Part shown: piece by piece, positions 46,792 through 55,857 of the stretch
How the letters are laid out: each line of letters starts with the position of its first letter
Numbering within the stretch: the stretch's first letter is position 1
From: an uncultured Candidatus Micrarchaeota archaeon
Lineage (GTDB): Archaea; Micrarchaeota; Micrarchaeia; Anstonellales; Bilamarchaeaceae
Assembly (NCBI GenBank): GCA_963714085.1
Contig: OY970229.1
Span: 448,001 to 512,000 of the forward strand
Direction: 5' to 3'
Length of the DNA: 64,000 nt
Made by a program: the position numbers and the translations under genes
The notes under the pieces: generated by a model
Database searches by the model: none
Told to the model about the DNA's origin: nothing
Seen by the model: the letters and a program-made list of their open reading frames with translations, nothing else

Positions 46792-48675
46792 ATGGCGGTC
46801 TTGTGCGTTGCCAGGGATTTTACAGCGCTTCACGGTACGAGAAGCGTGAAAAGGGACGGGTTCAGGGCCGAGGTCAGGCTCTCCGGAAATATCTCCAAAG
46901 GTTTTGTCAGCGGCCTGGACCACGCAACGTTGCAGAAAGCCCTGGGTGAAACCGTGGCGCGGCTGGAAGGTTCGTATCTCGACGACGTGGTCGGCAGGGC
47001 AACCAACGAAAACATTGCCCTTTATATAATGCACTCGCTGGCCGGCCTGCCCGTGGGTTCCGTGCTGGTGAGGGAAGGCCAGGGGCAGTCAGTGGAAGTA
47101 TCTTCGTCAGACCTGGATTCAAGCGCTTATCCGGCATACTTATATTTGAGCAGGGCGCAGAGCTTGCTGCTCAGGGATAAGATTCTAGAAGCCACGGCTG
47201 CCGCGGAGGCAGCCATAAGGCTGGACCCCGCCGTGGCCGAAGCCCACAATCTCATGGGCAGATGCCAGAAATACCTTGGGCACAATGACCTGGCTGCTGA
47301 AAGCTATGCGAGGGCTGTGGTCCTGCAGCCTAATTTCGGAGATGCCTACCGTAACCTCGGGAATGCGTACCTTGAACTAGGCCGGTACAGTGAGATGGCC
47401 GAGGCGTTCGCCAGGGCGACGGAGCTGACACCCGGTTCGGCTTTAGCATTCAACAACCGCGGTTTCGGGTATCAGAAGCTTGGTGACCTCAGGCGGGCGC
47501 TTGAGTGCCATTCGAAGGCCATAGAACTTGACCCGCATTACGCTGAAGCCTATGAGGACAGGAGCAAGGTGCACGAGGCACTTGGAAATGCCGAGATGGC
47601 CAGGCAGGACGTCGCGACGGCGAAGGAACTGATATCGTCAGGAACTGACACCTATTCGCCAATCACGCCATATTATGATGGCAATGCCATGCCCAGATAT
47701 GTGCCGCCGGATCTGTATTACGGTATCGCAGTCTATAACGAGGAAGGGAACATTCGCAGGTGCCTGGATTCGCTTGAGCGGCAGAGCTTCGAGGGCAGGG
47801 TCGAGACCATCATCTGCCTCAACGGCTGCACTGACCGGAGCGAGAAGGAAGCCCATGAAGGCAAGGCGAAGTACCCAGGGCTGAACGTAAAAATCATACA
47901 CAGCAAAAAGAAGGGCAAGGCGTTCGCCCAGAACCAGATTATCCGCTCAATCAGGGACAGGACCGTTCCCATAGCCTTCATAGACGCCGATGTGGTGCCG
48001 GAAACTGACTGCATGGCAGTTCTGGAGCGGGAGTTACGCAGCCTGAAGCAGCTCGTTGCCGTGGGCACATGGCCTGAACCTGAACGCGGTCCACGGCAGT
48101 CCCTCTGGCAGCGATTCCTTTACTGGATATTGTATGCCCGGGCCTTTTACCCGCAAGCCGAAGTATCCGGGCATGACGTTTCTGCATACAAGCGCTTTGC
48201 CAGGCAAAACCCACAGCCCCTGGTGAGTCCTGAGTTCGAGATGCGCTCGAAGATATTCTTTCACGGTAGGACGTTCATGCTGAGGAATGCCTCCTTCTTT
48301 CGCCTGCCGGAAGATGCAAACGTGGCAGACGATACCTACCTGCCGAATTTCATCCATACGACATACGGTCCGGGTACCGTAAGGATAAGATACGACGCCA
48401 AGGTGCTCTACAAGCCATATCTCTCGCTAAGGGCGCATTTCAAGGCCTACTGGCGGGTGTACTCAGACCTTCGGAGAATGGACCTGGAAGGCGCTTTTGC
48501 GGAGTCTAGGAAGCTGGAAAAGACGAGGCTTGACTGGAAGTTCATATTTTCAAAAGGCATTGCCACGTCCCTGCAGTTCGCGATATACAGGTTCGTCGTA
48601 GGAGTTGAACGGGCGCTCTACCATATGCTTCCGGAAAAGAAGCTGGGCGAACTCTGGTATTATCAGAAAAAATAG
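46792..48675 (+). CDS. Fusion of degenerate QueD/PTPS-like T-fold, TPR array and GT2 glycosyltransferase
   Basis: FTALH...YLDDV...TNENIA; TPR repeats (AHNLMG, AYRNLG, AFNNRG); YNEE, NGCTD, DAD, ADD. Confidence 0.8.
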   Translation: MAVLCVARDFTALHGTRSVKRDGFRAEVRLSGNISKGFVSGLDHATLQKALGETVARLEGSYLDDVVGRATNENIALYIMHSLAGLPVGSVLVREGQGQSVEVSSSDLDSSAYPAYLYLSRAQSLLLRDKILEATAAAEAAIRLDPAVAEAHNLMGRCQKYLGHNDLAAESYARAVVLQPNFGDAYRNLGNAYLELGRYSEMAEAFARATELTPGSALAFNNRGFGYQKLGDLRRALECHSKAIELDPHYAEAYEDRSKVHEALGNAEMARQDVATAKELISSGTDTYSPITPYYDGNAMPRYVPPDLYYGIAVYNEEGNIRRCLDSLERQSFEGRVETIICLNGCTDRSEKEAHEGKAKYPGLNVKIIHSKKKGKAFAQNQIIRSIRDRTVPIAFIDADVVPETDCMAVLERELRSLKQLVAVGTWPEPERGPRQSLWQRFLYWILYARAFYPQAEVSGHDVSAYKRFARQNPQPLVSPEFEMRSKIFFHGRTFMLRNASFFRLPEDANVADDTYLPNFIHTTYGPGTVRIRYDAKVLYKPYLSLRAHFKAYWRVYSDLRRMDLEGAFAESRKLEKTRLDWKFIFSKGIATSLQFAIYRFVVGVERALYHMLPEKKLGELWYYQKK

Positions 48676-48697
48676 CTGTGGATGGAGGGTGAGAATC

Positions 48698-50017
48698 ATG
48701 CAAAAGAAGCTGAAACGAGGGCCTCCGGCCCATGAACGTCCGATGTGGCGCCTTGCACGAAACATGACGCCTTGCGCGACGGAGATAGTGAGTGGAAAGG
48801 GCATATATTTCAGGGACAGCAGTGGCAAGGAGTACATGGACCTGACCGCCCAGACACTCAACCTGAACCTCGGCCACCGCCATCCGTCCATAATGCGGGC
48901 CGTGCTTGCGAAGCTGCGTGAAGACGGATTTACCTACTACGTGTCGCCCAGATTCGGAAACCGCCACGTCTCGCAATTGGCGCAGAAGCTGGTTTCGCTG
49001 GCTCCTGAGGGTCTCAACAGGGTGAACCTGCACTTGTGCAACGGAAGCGACGCGAACGAGGACGCGATAAAGCGGGCGAGGAAGTACCACGACGGAAAGA
49101 GGATGACGATAATCTCGTTCAAGGGAAGTTTCCTGGGGACTTCCTGCGAATCCATCAGCGCGTCCGGTGGCAATTTCTACAAGGAGGCGTGCCTTGGTGG
49201 CTCAGGGCAATATGTCTTTCTGGACTCCGTGATGCCGAATAGGATACCGAAGGGGTCCAGCCTCGAAGAGGAGGTCCAATCCAGGCTCATGGACGTGGAA
49301 CAAACTATCAAAAGAAGGAGGGACATAGCCGGAATCATAATGGAGCTAGTCCCTTTCAACGCAGGAGTCATCGTCCTTCCGAGGGAATATGTGAAGGGGA
49401 TAGAGAGGATATGCAAGGAGAACGACGTGGCGCTGCTGGTGGACGAGGTCCAGACCGCCTTCGGCTGGTGCGGCGACGTATTCGCGTCGAATGTATATGG
49501 CATAAGGCCCGACGTGATAACCCTGGCCAAGGGGATGACGGCCGGCTTCCCTGCCCTGGCGGCAACAGTCTTCAAGGCGAAATACGACGTCCTGACGGGC
49601 GGGACTTCCGAGAACACATTCGGCGCTCAAACGCTCGGCTGCGTGGCGACGATCGCGAACATCGACTATCTGGTTTCGTCCGGCATAATGGATGCGATAC
49701 CAGCAAAACACGCCTTGTTCATGGAGCACCTGGAAAGGATGAAAGACGCGTATCCGTTCATAGGCGACGTCAGGGGAATAGGGCTGATGTTCGGAATAGA
49801 CTTCGTTCGCGCTGACGGAACGCCCGACATGGAGACGAACATCGACGTCTACCAGGCGGCGTTCATGCGTGGATTGTCAGTAAACGTCTCGACCTCCCAA
49901 AGGGGAAAACACAACGTGATAAGCCTCAAGCCGCCCCTGACGATAACATTAAGGGAAATAAACGAGGCTATGAGTCGTCTGGGCGATGCCATGCGCTCCG
50001 TAGCGAAGAAAAGATAA
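48698..50017 (+). CDS. Class III PLP aminotransferase
   Basis: GKEYMD, NLGH, GSDANE, DEVQTAFG, PD.ITLAKG, VRGIGLM; ATG 48698 after GGAGGGTGA. Confidence 0.93.
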   Translation: MQKKLKRGPPAHERPMWRLARNMTPCATEIVSGKGIYFRDSSGKEYMDLTAQTLNLNLGHRHPSIMRAVLAKLREDGFTYYVSPRFGNRHVSQLAQKLVSLAPEGLNRVNLHLCNGSDANEDAIKRARKYHDGKRMTIISFKGSFLGTSCESISASGGNFYKEACLGGSGQYVFLDSVMPNRIPKGSSLEEEVQSRLMDVEQTIKRRRDIAGIIMELVPFNAGVIVLPREYVKGIERICKENDVALLVDEVQTAFGWCGDVFASNVYGIRPDVITLAKGMTAGFPALAATVFKAKYDVLTGGTSENTFGAQTLGCVATIANIDYLVSSGIMDAIPAKHALFMEHLERMKDAYPFIGDVRGIGLMFGIDFVRADGTPDMETNIDVYQAAFMRGLSVNVSTSQRGKHNVISLKPPLTITLREINEAMSRLGDAMRSVAKKR

Positions 50018-50122
50018 TAGAGCTGCACAGTTTTTGGCATGCCTTTGACACGTCAGTTCTTTGCCAAACTTTTTTCCTAAAAAGGTAGGTGCAGAAGATA
50101 CCGAGCCATAAGAAGAACCTTG

Positions 50123-50324
50123 CCCACGAGATCCCAGACTAGGGCTCGGAGCATCCGCTTAGAGATTAGAACCAAAGTTCGAATCTTCAAGAGTGCATTT
50201 CGTTTTGTCAGATACAACAAATATGTCGAAGAATGATGCTAAAATAATTAGAAAATAATTCAGCAGAAAAGATTGGAATCATTGGTTCGGGTCTTTTTCT
50301 TGCAGTCCCGAACCTTTGATTCTA
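50123..50324. repeat. Right arm, copy D (abuts the tRNA 3' end)
   Basis: Collinear with 41420-41622; contains inverted repeat GGTTCGGG...CCCGAACC at 50284-50314. Confidence 0.85.
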
Positions 50325-50409
50325 TGCAGGAGGAAGGATTTGAACCTTCGAAGGCACTAAGCCAGCGGATCTTAAGTCCGCCGCGTTTTCCGGACTTCGC
50401 TACTCCTGC
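50325..50409 (-). tRNA. tRNA-Leu(TAA)
   Basis: Acceptor GCAGGAG/CTCCTGC, anticodon arm GCGGA-CTTAAGA-TCCGC, variable arm, GTTCAAATC. Confidence 0.95.
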
Positions 50410-50436
50410 ATGATTAGAAAATATTTATCCAGACTG

Positions 50437-51387
50437 CTATAAAAGCCTCGCTTTTTTGCCGTCGAAATAGATGTCCTCCTCGAACCGGACGCCGAAATCT
50501 TCGAAATACGCGCTCGGCTCTATGGCCATGGTCGCCCCGGCGAGCTTGTCCTTCGACTTCATGCTGAGGCGGGGGTATTCGTGCACCTCCAGGCCGATGC
50601 CATGGCCGATGGCGTGGGGCAGCTCGGGAAGATTGTGCCTCTTGAACAGCTTTCTGGAGAACGCCGTCAACTCCGAGCCGGTGTCCAGCTCCGGCATCGC
50701 GTCGATTATCTCGTTGAACACTTCCTGGAGCTTCAGGTAGACCGCCTTCTTCTTCTCCTCGCCCATGAAGAAGCACCTCGTGAGGTCCGATGAGTAGTAT
50801 TCGGCGCGCACGCCGAAATCCACGAGCACCATGCTGTTTATCTTCGCATTCCCGGTCCGGTAGTGCGGGAAGGAGGAATTGCGGTCTGCGGCCACTATTG
50901 CCTTGAACGACACGTCCAGGTCGCGCTCCAGGGTCCCGGCCATGAGCTGCTCCCTGACCTGTGATTCGGTCATGCCCTTCTTTATGTCCAGGGATTGCAA
51001 TATCTCCCTGGCGCTGTGCACCGCCTTCTTTACCTTGTCCACCTCCTCCATGGTCTTGGCCATGCGGCGCCTGCAGAGCTCCTCCGAGACGTCCACCGGC
51101 GTGCAGAATTTCTTGAGATGCTCCGTGAGGCGGAAGTACATGCTGCTGCCGTCGACGCCCACCTGCCTGCCCTTGGCCAGCTTCCGCAGCTCGGCTATCG
51201 GGTCCTGATATGGGACGACGCTGCCGCTGAACTGCTCCTTGGCTATCTTGAGGTTCATCCGCGGCACGAGCAGCACCTGCGTGCTGCCGTCCACGAAAAG
51301 GAAGGAGTGGTCGATGTCCACGTTCGAGTAATGGTAGAAGTTGGCGTTGAAATGCTCGTCCCTGTAGAGAAGCAGAGGGTATTTCAT
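50437..51387 (-). CDS. M24 Xaa-Pro peptidase
   Basis: FPH, DFG....YSSD.TR, HAIGHGIGLEVHE, IEP, GVRFEED. Confidence 0.93.
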   Translation of the reverse strand: MKYPLLLYRDEHFNANFYHYSNVDIDHSFLFVDGSTQVLLVPRMNLKIAKEQFSGSVVPYQDPIAELRKLAKGRQVGVDGSSMYFRLTEHLKKFCTPVDVSEELCRRRMAKTMEEVDKVKKAVHSAREILQSLDIKKGMTESQVREQLMAGTLERDLDVSFKAIVAADRNSSFPHYRTGNAKINSMVLVDFGVRAEYYSSDLTRCFFMGEEKKKAVYLKLQEVFNEIIDAMPELDTGSELTAFSRKLFKRHNLPELPHAIGHGIGLEVHEYPRLSMKSKDKLAGATMAIEPSAYFEDFGVRFEEDIYFDGKKARLL

Positions 51388-51476
51388 GGTGGAGAATCCC
51401 GCCTCAGGATTAAATTGCTTGCGGTCGGGCCGTGCTCACGCATCCATCTCGTGGGAGCCGGAATCGTCCTCGAGGA

Positions 51477-51860
51477 TCATACGAACCCCACCTTGGCCTT
51501 AGACCTCAGGCCCACGACCCTCAGGCGCTCGGCTTTGAGCCGCTGCTTGAGCCCGCGGTCGTTGGTGCACACCACCGCGCGGTTCTGCCTGGCGTACTCG
51601 AAGAGCCAGTCGTCCACCGGCAGCTTCGACTCCACCTGCTTCGCCTTCTCCCCCCTGGATTCTAGGATCTTCAGCGCGAAGCGCGCCGCGGCCCCGGTCC
51701 TGCCCGGATTCCTGGCGATGCCCCGGAGCTCGCCGACGACCTTGGAGGGCACCACGAGCGTGAAGGGCCCGTCCAGCAGGCGCTCGAGCTCGGTGAACAC
51801 GTCCACCTTGAACTGGTAGGGTACGAGAAGGAAATTGGTGTCCATAATCACTTCGGTCAT
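51477..51860 (-). CDS. PIN-domain protein (Fcf1/Utp24-like)
   Basis: IMDTNFL, V..EL, VDD, CTND..L. Confidence 0.88.
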   Translation of the reverse strand: MTEVIMDTNFLLVPYQFKVDVFTELERLLDGPFTLVVPSKVVGELRGIARNPGRTGAAARFALKILESRGEKAKQVESKLPVDDWLFEYARQNRAVVCTNDRGLKQRLKAERLRVVGLRSKAKVGFV

Positions 51861-52045
51861 GGCAGTTATTAGAAGCTAATGGGATTAAAATAGAATAGGT
51901 GGAATATATACGTTACGGGAGCGAAAATGGCATTTGTTGGTATATACGGTTAGAAGAGGAGTTAAAAGGAATGTTTAAAAATGTTTTGGTTCATAAACAC
52001 TTTAGTACAAAAATTTAAACAACAATAGAGAGCGGGTGATGAGGG

Positions 52046-53587
52046 ATGAAAACAATGAAAACTGAACAAACAGGATGTAAAGTTGCTGAAAGGACGACTG
52101 GACCGACGACATCAACTCGTGGGTTCAAGAATAGAATGCTTATCACGACTGTCGGCGCCGCAGGCCTTGCGATATTATCGACGGCGTCGTGCAGCAAAAA
52201 TTCGGGAACGAGCGAAGACGCGGGCGCGTGCCAGACACTGAAGGACGATGCCGGCTTTACTACCTGCTCTCCGGGTTGCGAGATGGGCTTGGTTCCGACA
52301 AGCTCGAATGATGGCGCGGTGTCCACGGCTAAATGCGTGCCGAAGAAGGCTGTAGACGCTTCTACCAGTGAGGCTTCCGCCACGGATGTTTCAGGAGGCG
52401 AGGCTGCGGAGGAATCAGAGGCAGGATTAGTTTCACCGCAGGATGCAACTGCACTGGATGCTACTAATAAGAGTGATGCTGCAGGTCCGATGTGCAGCAC
52501 TGCGACCAAACTCAGGGCCAATGCATCGGTCGGTGGCGCCTGGGAGATGAACGGCTTCCCGTGCAACACCAATGGGAGCCCGTCTGAATTCACTGACGGC
52601 GATAGCCCCAAGTTGAAGACTGATACAGGCGAGAAAGTGCCTTGTTCCGCCGCAGTCACGAATCAACCGGAACTGACGGTCAATGTCACATGCGAGGTAC
52701 CGTCGCAAGATGGAGGCGTGGTGCAGGTGGTATTCACTGCGGTTCAAGGCGGATGCGTAAAATCTGCGGGCGGAGTTAGCCAGAAGTGCCCCGATGACCA
52801 GGACATAGCATTGGATGGCAACAGCACTCAAGTCTCCCAGAATGGTTCTGAGTCGGTGATGAAGGTCACCGGATCACAGCAGTCCGATAGGCTGATGCTA
52901 TCGACCTCCGGCTCTGCTGCTGGCTCTGCGGCCACCACGAAGGGCCTGGACTCGACGGGCAACGTCAAGGCGACGGGATCTTCGTGTGGTGTCGGTGCCG
53001 ACGGCTCAGTGGCCTTCGGAGGCCAGATTGCCGGCCCGACAAGCATGACTTTCTGCTGCGCTCCATTGCCGCTCGGGCAGTCAGTGCCTGCGGGCGCTGT
53101 CGCGCTCCAAGTAGAGGGCAGCCAGACCAATATGGGACCCAACTCCGCGGCGACTGCAAGCCCGGTATTCGGTGGCGCTGTCTTGCCGGACATCCCGGTG
53201 GGCGGTTCATTCGTAGTGGCCGGCCAGGTGACGACGCTCAAGGCCGCGATGACCAATGGCACTTATGGCGCGATCGAGATCGACGGCCAGGCGGGAACCT
53301 GTGTAATCCCAGCTGGGCAGGACAGCAACACTGCATGCGGTCAGACGTTCAATGGCGGTGCGTTGGCACTGCCTGCGGCGAGTGCGGTACACTCGACTGG
53401 CGCATGCCCGGTGACGGGCCAGGACGGGGGAGCTAAAGACGCCCCGAAAGGAGCAGACGTTGCTCCAACCGGACCGGTCGCTGATGCGAGCGCGGCGAAA
53501 CCGGCGGATGCGAGCACTGCTCCGGCACCCGTGGTCGACGCCACCGCAGTTCAGAGCGCGGCCCCGGTTGATGCAGGATCGGACTGA
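52046..53587 (+). CDS. Cys-rich putative lipoprotein with D-A-G/D-A-S low-complexity linkers
   Basis: Lipobox-like LAILSTASC; atypical codon usage; AT-rich upstream region; T-rich tract after the stop. Confidence 0.7.
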   Translation: MKTMKTEQTGCKVAERTTGPTTSTRGFKNRMLITTVGAAGLAILSTASCSKNSGTSEDAGACQTLKDDAGFTTCSPGCEMGLVPTSSNDGAVSTAKCVPKKAVDASTSEASATDVSGGEAAEESEAGLVSPQDATALDATNKSDAAGPMCSTATKLRANASVGGAWEMNGFPCNTNGSPSEFTDGDSPKLKTDTGEKVPCSAAVTNQPELTVNVTCEVPSQDGGVVQVVFTAVQGGCVKSAGGVSQKCPDDQDIALDGNSTQVSQNGSESVMKVTGSQQSDRLMLSTSGSAAGSAATTKGLDSTGNVKATGSSCGVGADGSVAFGGQIAGPTSMTFCCAPLPLGQSVPAGAVALQVEGSQTNMGPNSAATASPVFGGAVLPDIPVGGSFVVAGQVTTLKAAMTNGTYGAIEIDGQAGTCVIPAGQDSNTACGQTFNGGALALPAASAVHSTGACPVTGQDGGAKDAPKGADVAPTGPVADASAAKPADASTAPAPVVDATAVQSAAPVDAGSD

Positions 53588-53623
53588 AGTTTCTTTTTTA
53601 TTTTCCTTTAATTATCTGGCGCC

Positions 53624-54019
53624 CTACTCTTTTATGCCCAGAACCTCGCGAGCCTTGTCCATGTCGAACTGGGCTGGCTTGAAGGCTACCTCGGTGTAGT
53701 CGTTCTTCTTGGAGACGATGTAGAGCGATTCGAGGTTCACGCCCCTGTTGGCGAGCTTCCTCGTTATCTTGCCCAGCTCCCCGGGCCTGTTGAGCATCTT
53801 CATCACGATGATCTCAGACTCCTGGACCTTGACCTCCGGGATCTTGGATAGCGCCTTGGTGGCGCTGGCCGAGTCCGCCGTGAGCACCCTGAAGAAGGCC
53901 TTCTCTGCGAAGCCGTAGCAGGAGATGGCCTCGATGTTGACCCCGACGCCGCCGAGCGCCTCGGCGACCGTGGCGAGCGAGCCGACCTGGTTCTTCGCGA
54001 TGATGATGAGCTCTTTCAT
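53624..54019 (-). CDS. Tandem ACT-domain protein
   Basis: NQVGSLA.VAEALG..GVNI; NRPGELGKI..KLA..GVNL. Confidence 0.88.
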   Translation of the reverse strand: MKELIIIAKNQVGSLATVAEALGGVGVNIEAISCYGFAEKAFFRVLTADSASATKALSKIPEVKVQESEIIVMKMLNRPGELGKITRKLANRGVNLESLYIVSKKNDYTEVAFKPAQFDMDKAREVLGIKE

Positions 54020-54090
54020 GGGAAATCACCGAGAAAGCTATCCGAAACAAAGATTAAATAGGTTGCTATGGAGAAAGGAGCAGAAGACAG

Positions 54091-54417
54091 ATGAAAAGCA
54101 TGGCAGTGACGAAAAAGCAGATAATGGGGAAATTGTCTGGTGTCGTGGACCCGGAACTCGGGGTAAGCATCGTCGACCTCGGGCTGATTTACGAAGTGCA
54201 CGTGAAAAAGGCGCCGAAGAAGGGCAAGCAGAAGGCCGAGATAGTGATGACACTGACCACGCCGGCGTGCCCTTTGGCGGACTACCTGCTCGGGCAGGTT
54301 GAATCCAGGCTGAACGAGCTGCCGGACATAGACATAAACGTCCGGGTGGTGTTCCAGCCTGCCTGGAGCCCGGACAGGATGTCTGAGAAGGCGAAGATCG
54401 CATTGGGAATGAAATGA
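54091..54417 (+). CDS. DUF59/SufT metal-sulfur cluster assembly factor
   Basis: DPELGVSIVDLGLIY, MTLTTPACP, P.WSPDRMS. Confidence 0.93.
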   Translation: MKSMAVTKKQIMGKLSGVVDPELGVSIVDLGLIYEVHVKKAPKKGKQKAEIVMTLTTPACPLADYLLGQVESRLNELPDIDINVRVVFQPAWSPDRMSEKAKIALGMK

Positions 54418-54433
54418 GCATAGGAGTGATATA

Positions 54434-55777
54434 ATGAGACTGACTTTTTACGGGGGCGCGGGCGAGGTTGGAAGGTCCTGCGTGCTCCTCGAGGACCAGA
54501 ACAAGAACCTTATGATGGACGCCGGCATAAAGCTCGGCGAGAAGACGGAGTATCCGCTGATAGGGGACCTGGAGCTCAAGCGCATCCATGACATAGCGAT
54601 AACCCACGCGCACCTGGACCACTGCGGCTACCTTCCGCACGTGTATTCGAAGAACGCGAAGCCCAGGATATGGCTCACCAAGCCCACCCGCGACCTCATG
54701 GGCATACTGCTCTCCGACTATCACAGGATACAGAATGACAAGATCGCGCGGAACTTCGCCGGGCGCGACGAAGCTACGCCGCGCAAGGACACCCAGAGGC
54801 TCTTCAGCATCAAGGACGTGAACGCGGTGATGCAGGACGCCAGGATACTGGAGCCCGGCGAGGAGGCCAAGGGCGCGGACTTCCACTTCACGCTGCACCC
54901 GAGCGGCCACATCATGGGCAGCACCATGATCAGGGTGCCGGACGCCGGAGGGATAATCTACAGCGGCGACATCTGCATGCGGAAAACGCGCATACTGGAC
55001 GGCTGCGTACAGGGGCTCTCTGCGCGCACTCTCATAATTGAGAGCACGTACGGCAAGAGGGAGGACGTGATACCCAGCTACAAGGAGTCCGCCATGAAGC
55101 TGGTTGCCACCGTGAACAAGACCCTAAACGAAGGCGGCCATGTGATAATACCATCCTTCGCCGTGGGCAGGGGCCAGGAGATACTCATGATACTGGACGA
55201 CTACATGCGCTCCGGCGCGCTCGCCCAGTCCAGGATATACATAGAGGGCATGATAGGCAAGGCCACGCGCATATACAGGCACAACGCCTACTATGCCAAC
55301 GACGACATCAAGAGGCGCATACTGATGTCCGAGGACGACCCGTTCAAGTCCCCCGCGTTCCACACGCCGAAGAACAAGGACCGCGAGGACGTGCTCAAGG
55401 AGCCGTGCATAATCGTGACCACCTCGGGCATGCTGAGCGGAGGGCCGGTGCTGTTCTACCTCGAGAAGCTCGGGGGCGATCCGAGGAACAAGCTCGTCTT
55501 CGTAGGTTTCCAGGCCCCCGGCACGCGGGGTGCGAAGATACTCGAAGGGGAGCGGAAGATACAGATAAAGGATAAGGAGATAGAGCTGAAACTCCAGGTC
55601 GAGCAGATAAAGATATCTGGCCACGCGGACTTCGGAGAGCTGGTGCAGTTCGTGAAGGGTATAAAGGGCCTCAAGCGCGTGTTCGTAGTCCACGGGGAGG
55701 AGACCGACCTGCCGGAGGCGCTGGGGAACCAATACGAGGTCATAGTGCCGAAGCTGCTTGAGACGTACGGGGTTTGA
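54434..55777 (+). CDS. Beta-CASP metallo-beta-lactamase ribonuclease (aCPSF-like, no KH domains)
   Basis: GGAGEVGRS, THAHLDH, GHIMGS, ESTYG, FAVGRGQE, SGHAD, VHGE. Confidence 0.92.
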   Translation: MRLTFYGGAGEVGRSCVLLEDQNKNLMMDAGIKLGEKTEYPLIGDLELKRIHDIAITHAHLDHCGYLPHVYSKNAKPRIWLTKPTRDLMGILLSDYHRIQNDKIARNFAGRDEATPRKDTQRLFSIKDVNAVMQDARILEPGEEAKGADFHFTLHPSGHIMGSTMIRVPDAGGIIYSGDICMRKTRILDGCVQGLSARTLIIESTYGKREDVIPSYKESAMKLVATVNKTLNEGGHVIIPSFAVGRGQEILMILDDYMRSGALAQSRIYIEGMIGKATRIYRHNAYYANDDIKRRILMSEDDPFKSPAFHTPKNKDREDVLKEPCIIVTTSGMLSGGPVLFYLEKLGGDPRNKLVFVGFQAPGTRGAKILEGERKIQIKDKEIELKLQVEQIKISGHADFGELVQFVKGIKGLKRVFVVHGEETDLPEALGNQYEVIVPKLLETYGV

Positions 55778-55857
55778 GACGCAGCTTTAAGATGCTTACT
55801 TGATTTTTTAGTGGCCCGCAGGATAAGGGATGGAAAAGTGAAAAGAAACGAACCCTT

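Larger units (their letters stand above)
39073..50336. mobile_element. tRNA-Leu-anchored island of three tandem integrase-less cassettes
   Basis: TGCAGGAGGAAG (tRNA 3' end) at 39073, 39753, 41623 and 50325; shared arms; AT-richer intergenic DNA and atypical codon usage. Confidence 0.8.

Noticed and set aside
46792..47110. Functional QueD implying a 7-deazaguanine pathway
   Set aside because: The metal-binding HGH motif is missing, and no queC, queE, folE or dpdA-like gene is in the window.
39073..50336. Repeats as a CRISPR array
   Set aside because: Only four 12-nt copies, at kilobase and irregular spacing, identical to a tRNA end; no cas genes.
51477..51860. PIN protein as a VapC toxin
   Set aside because: No adjacent antitoxin; the sequence pattern fits the housekeeping Fcf1/Utp24-like family.
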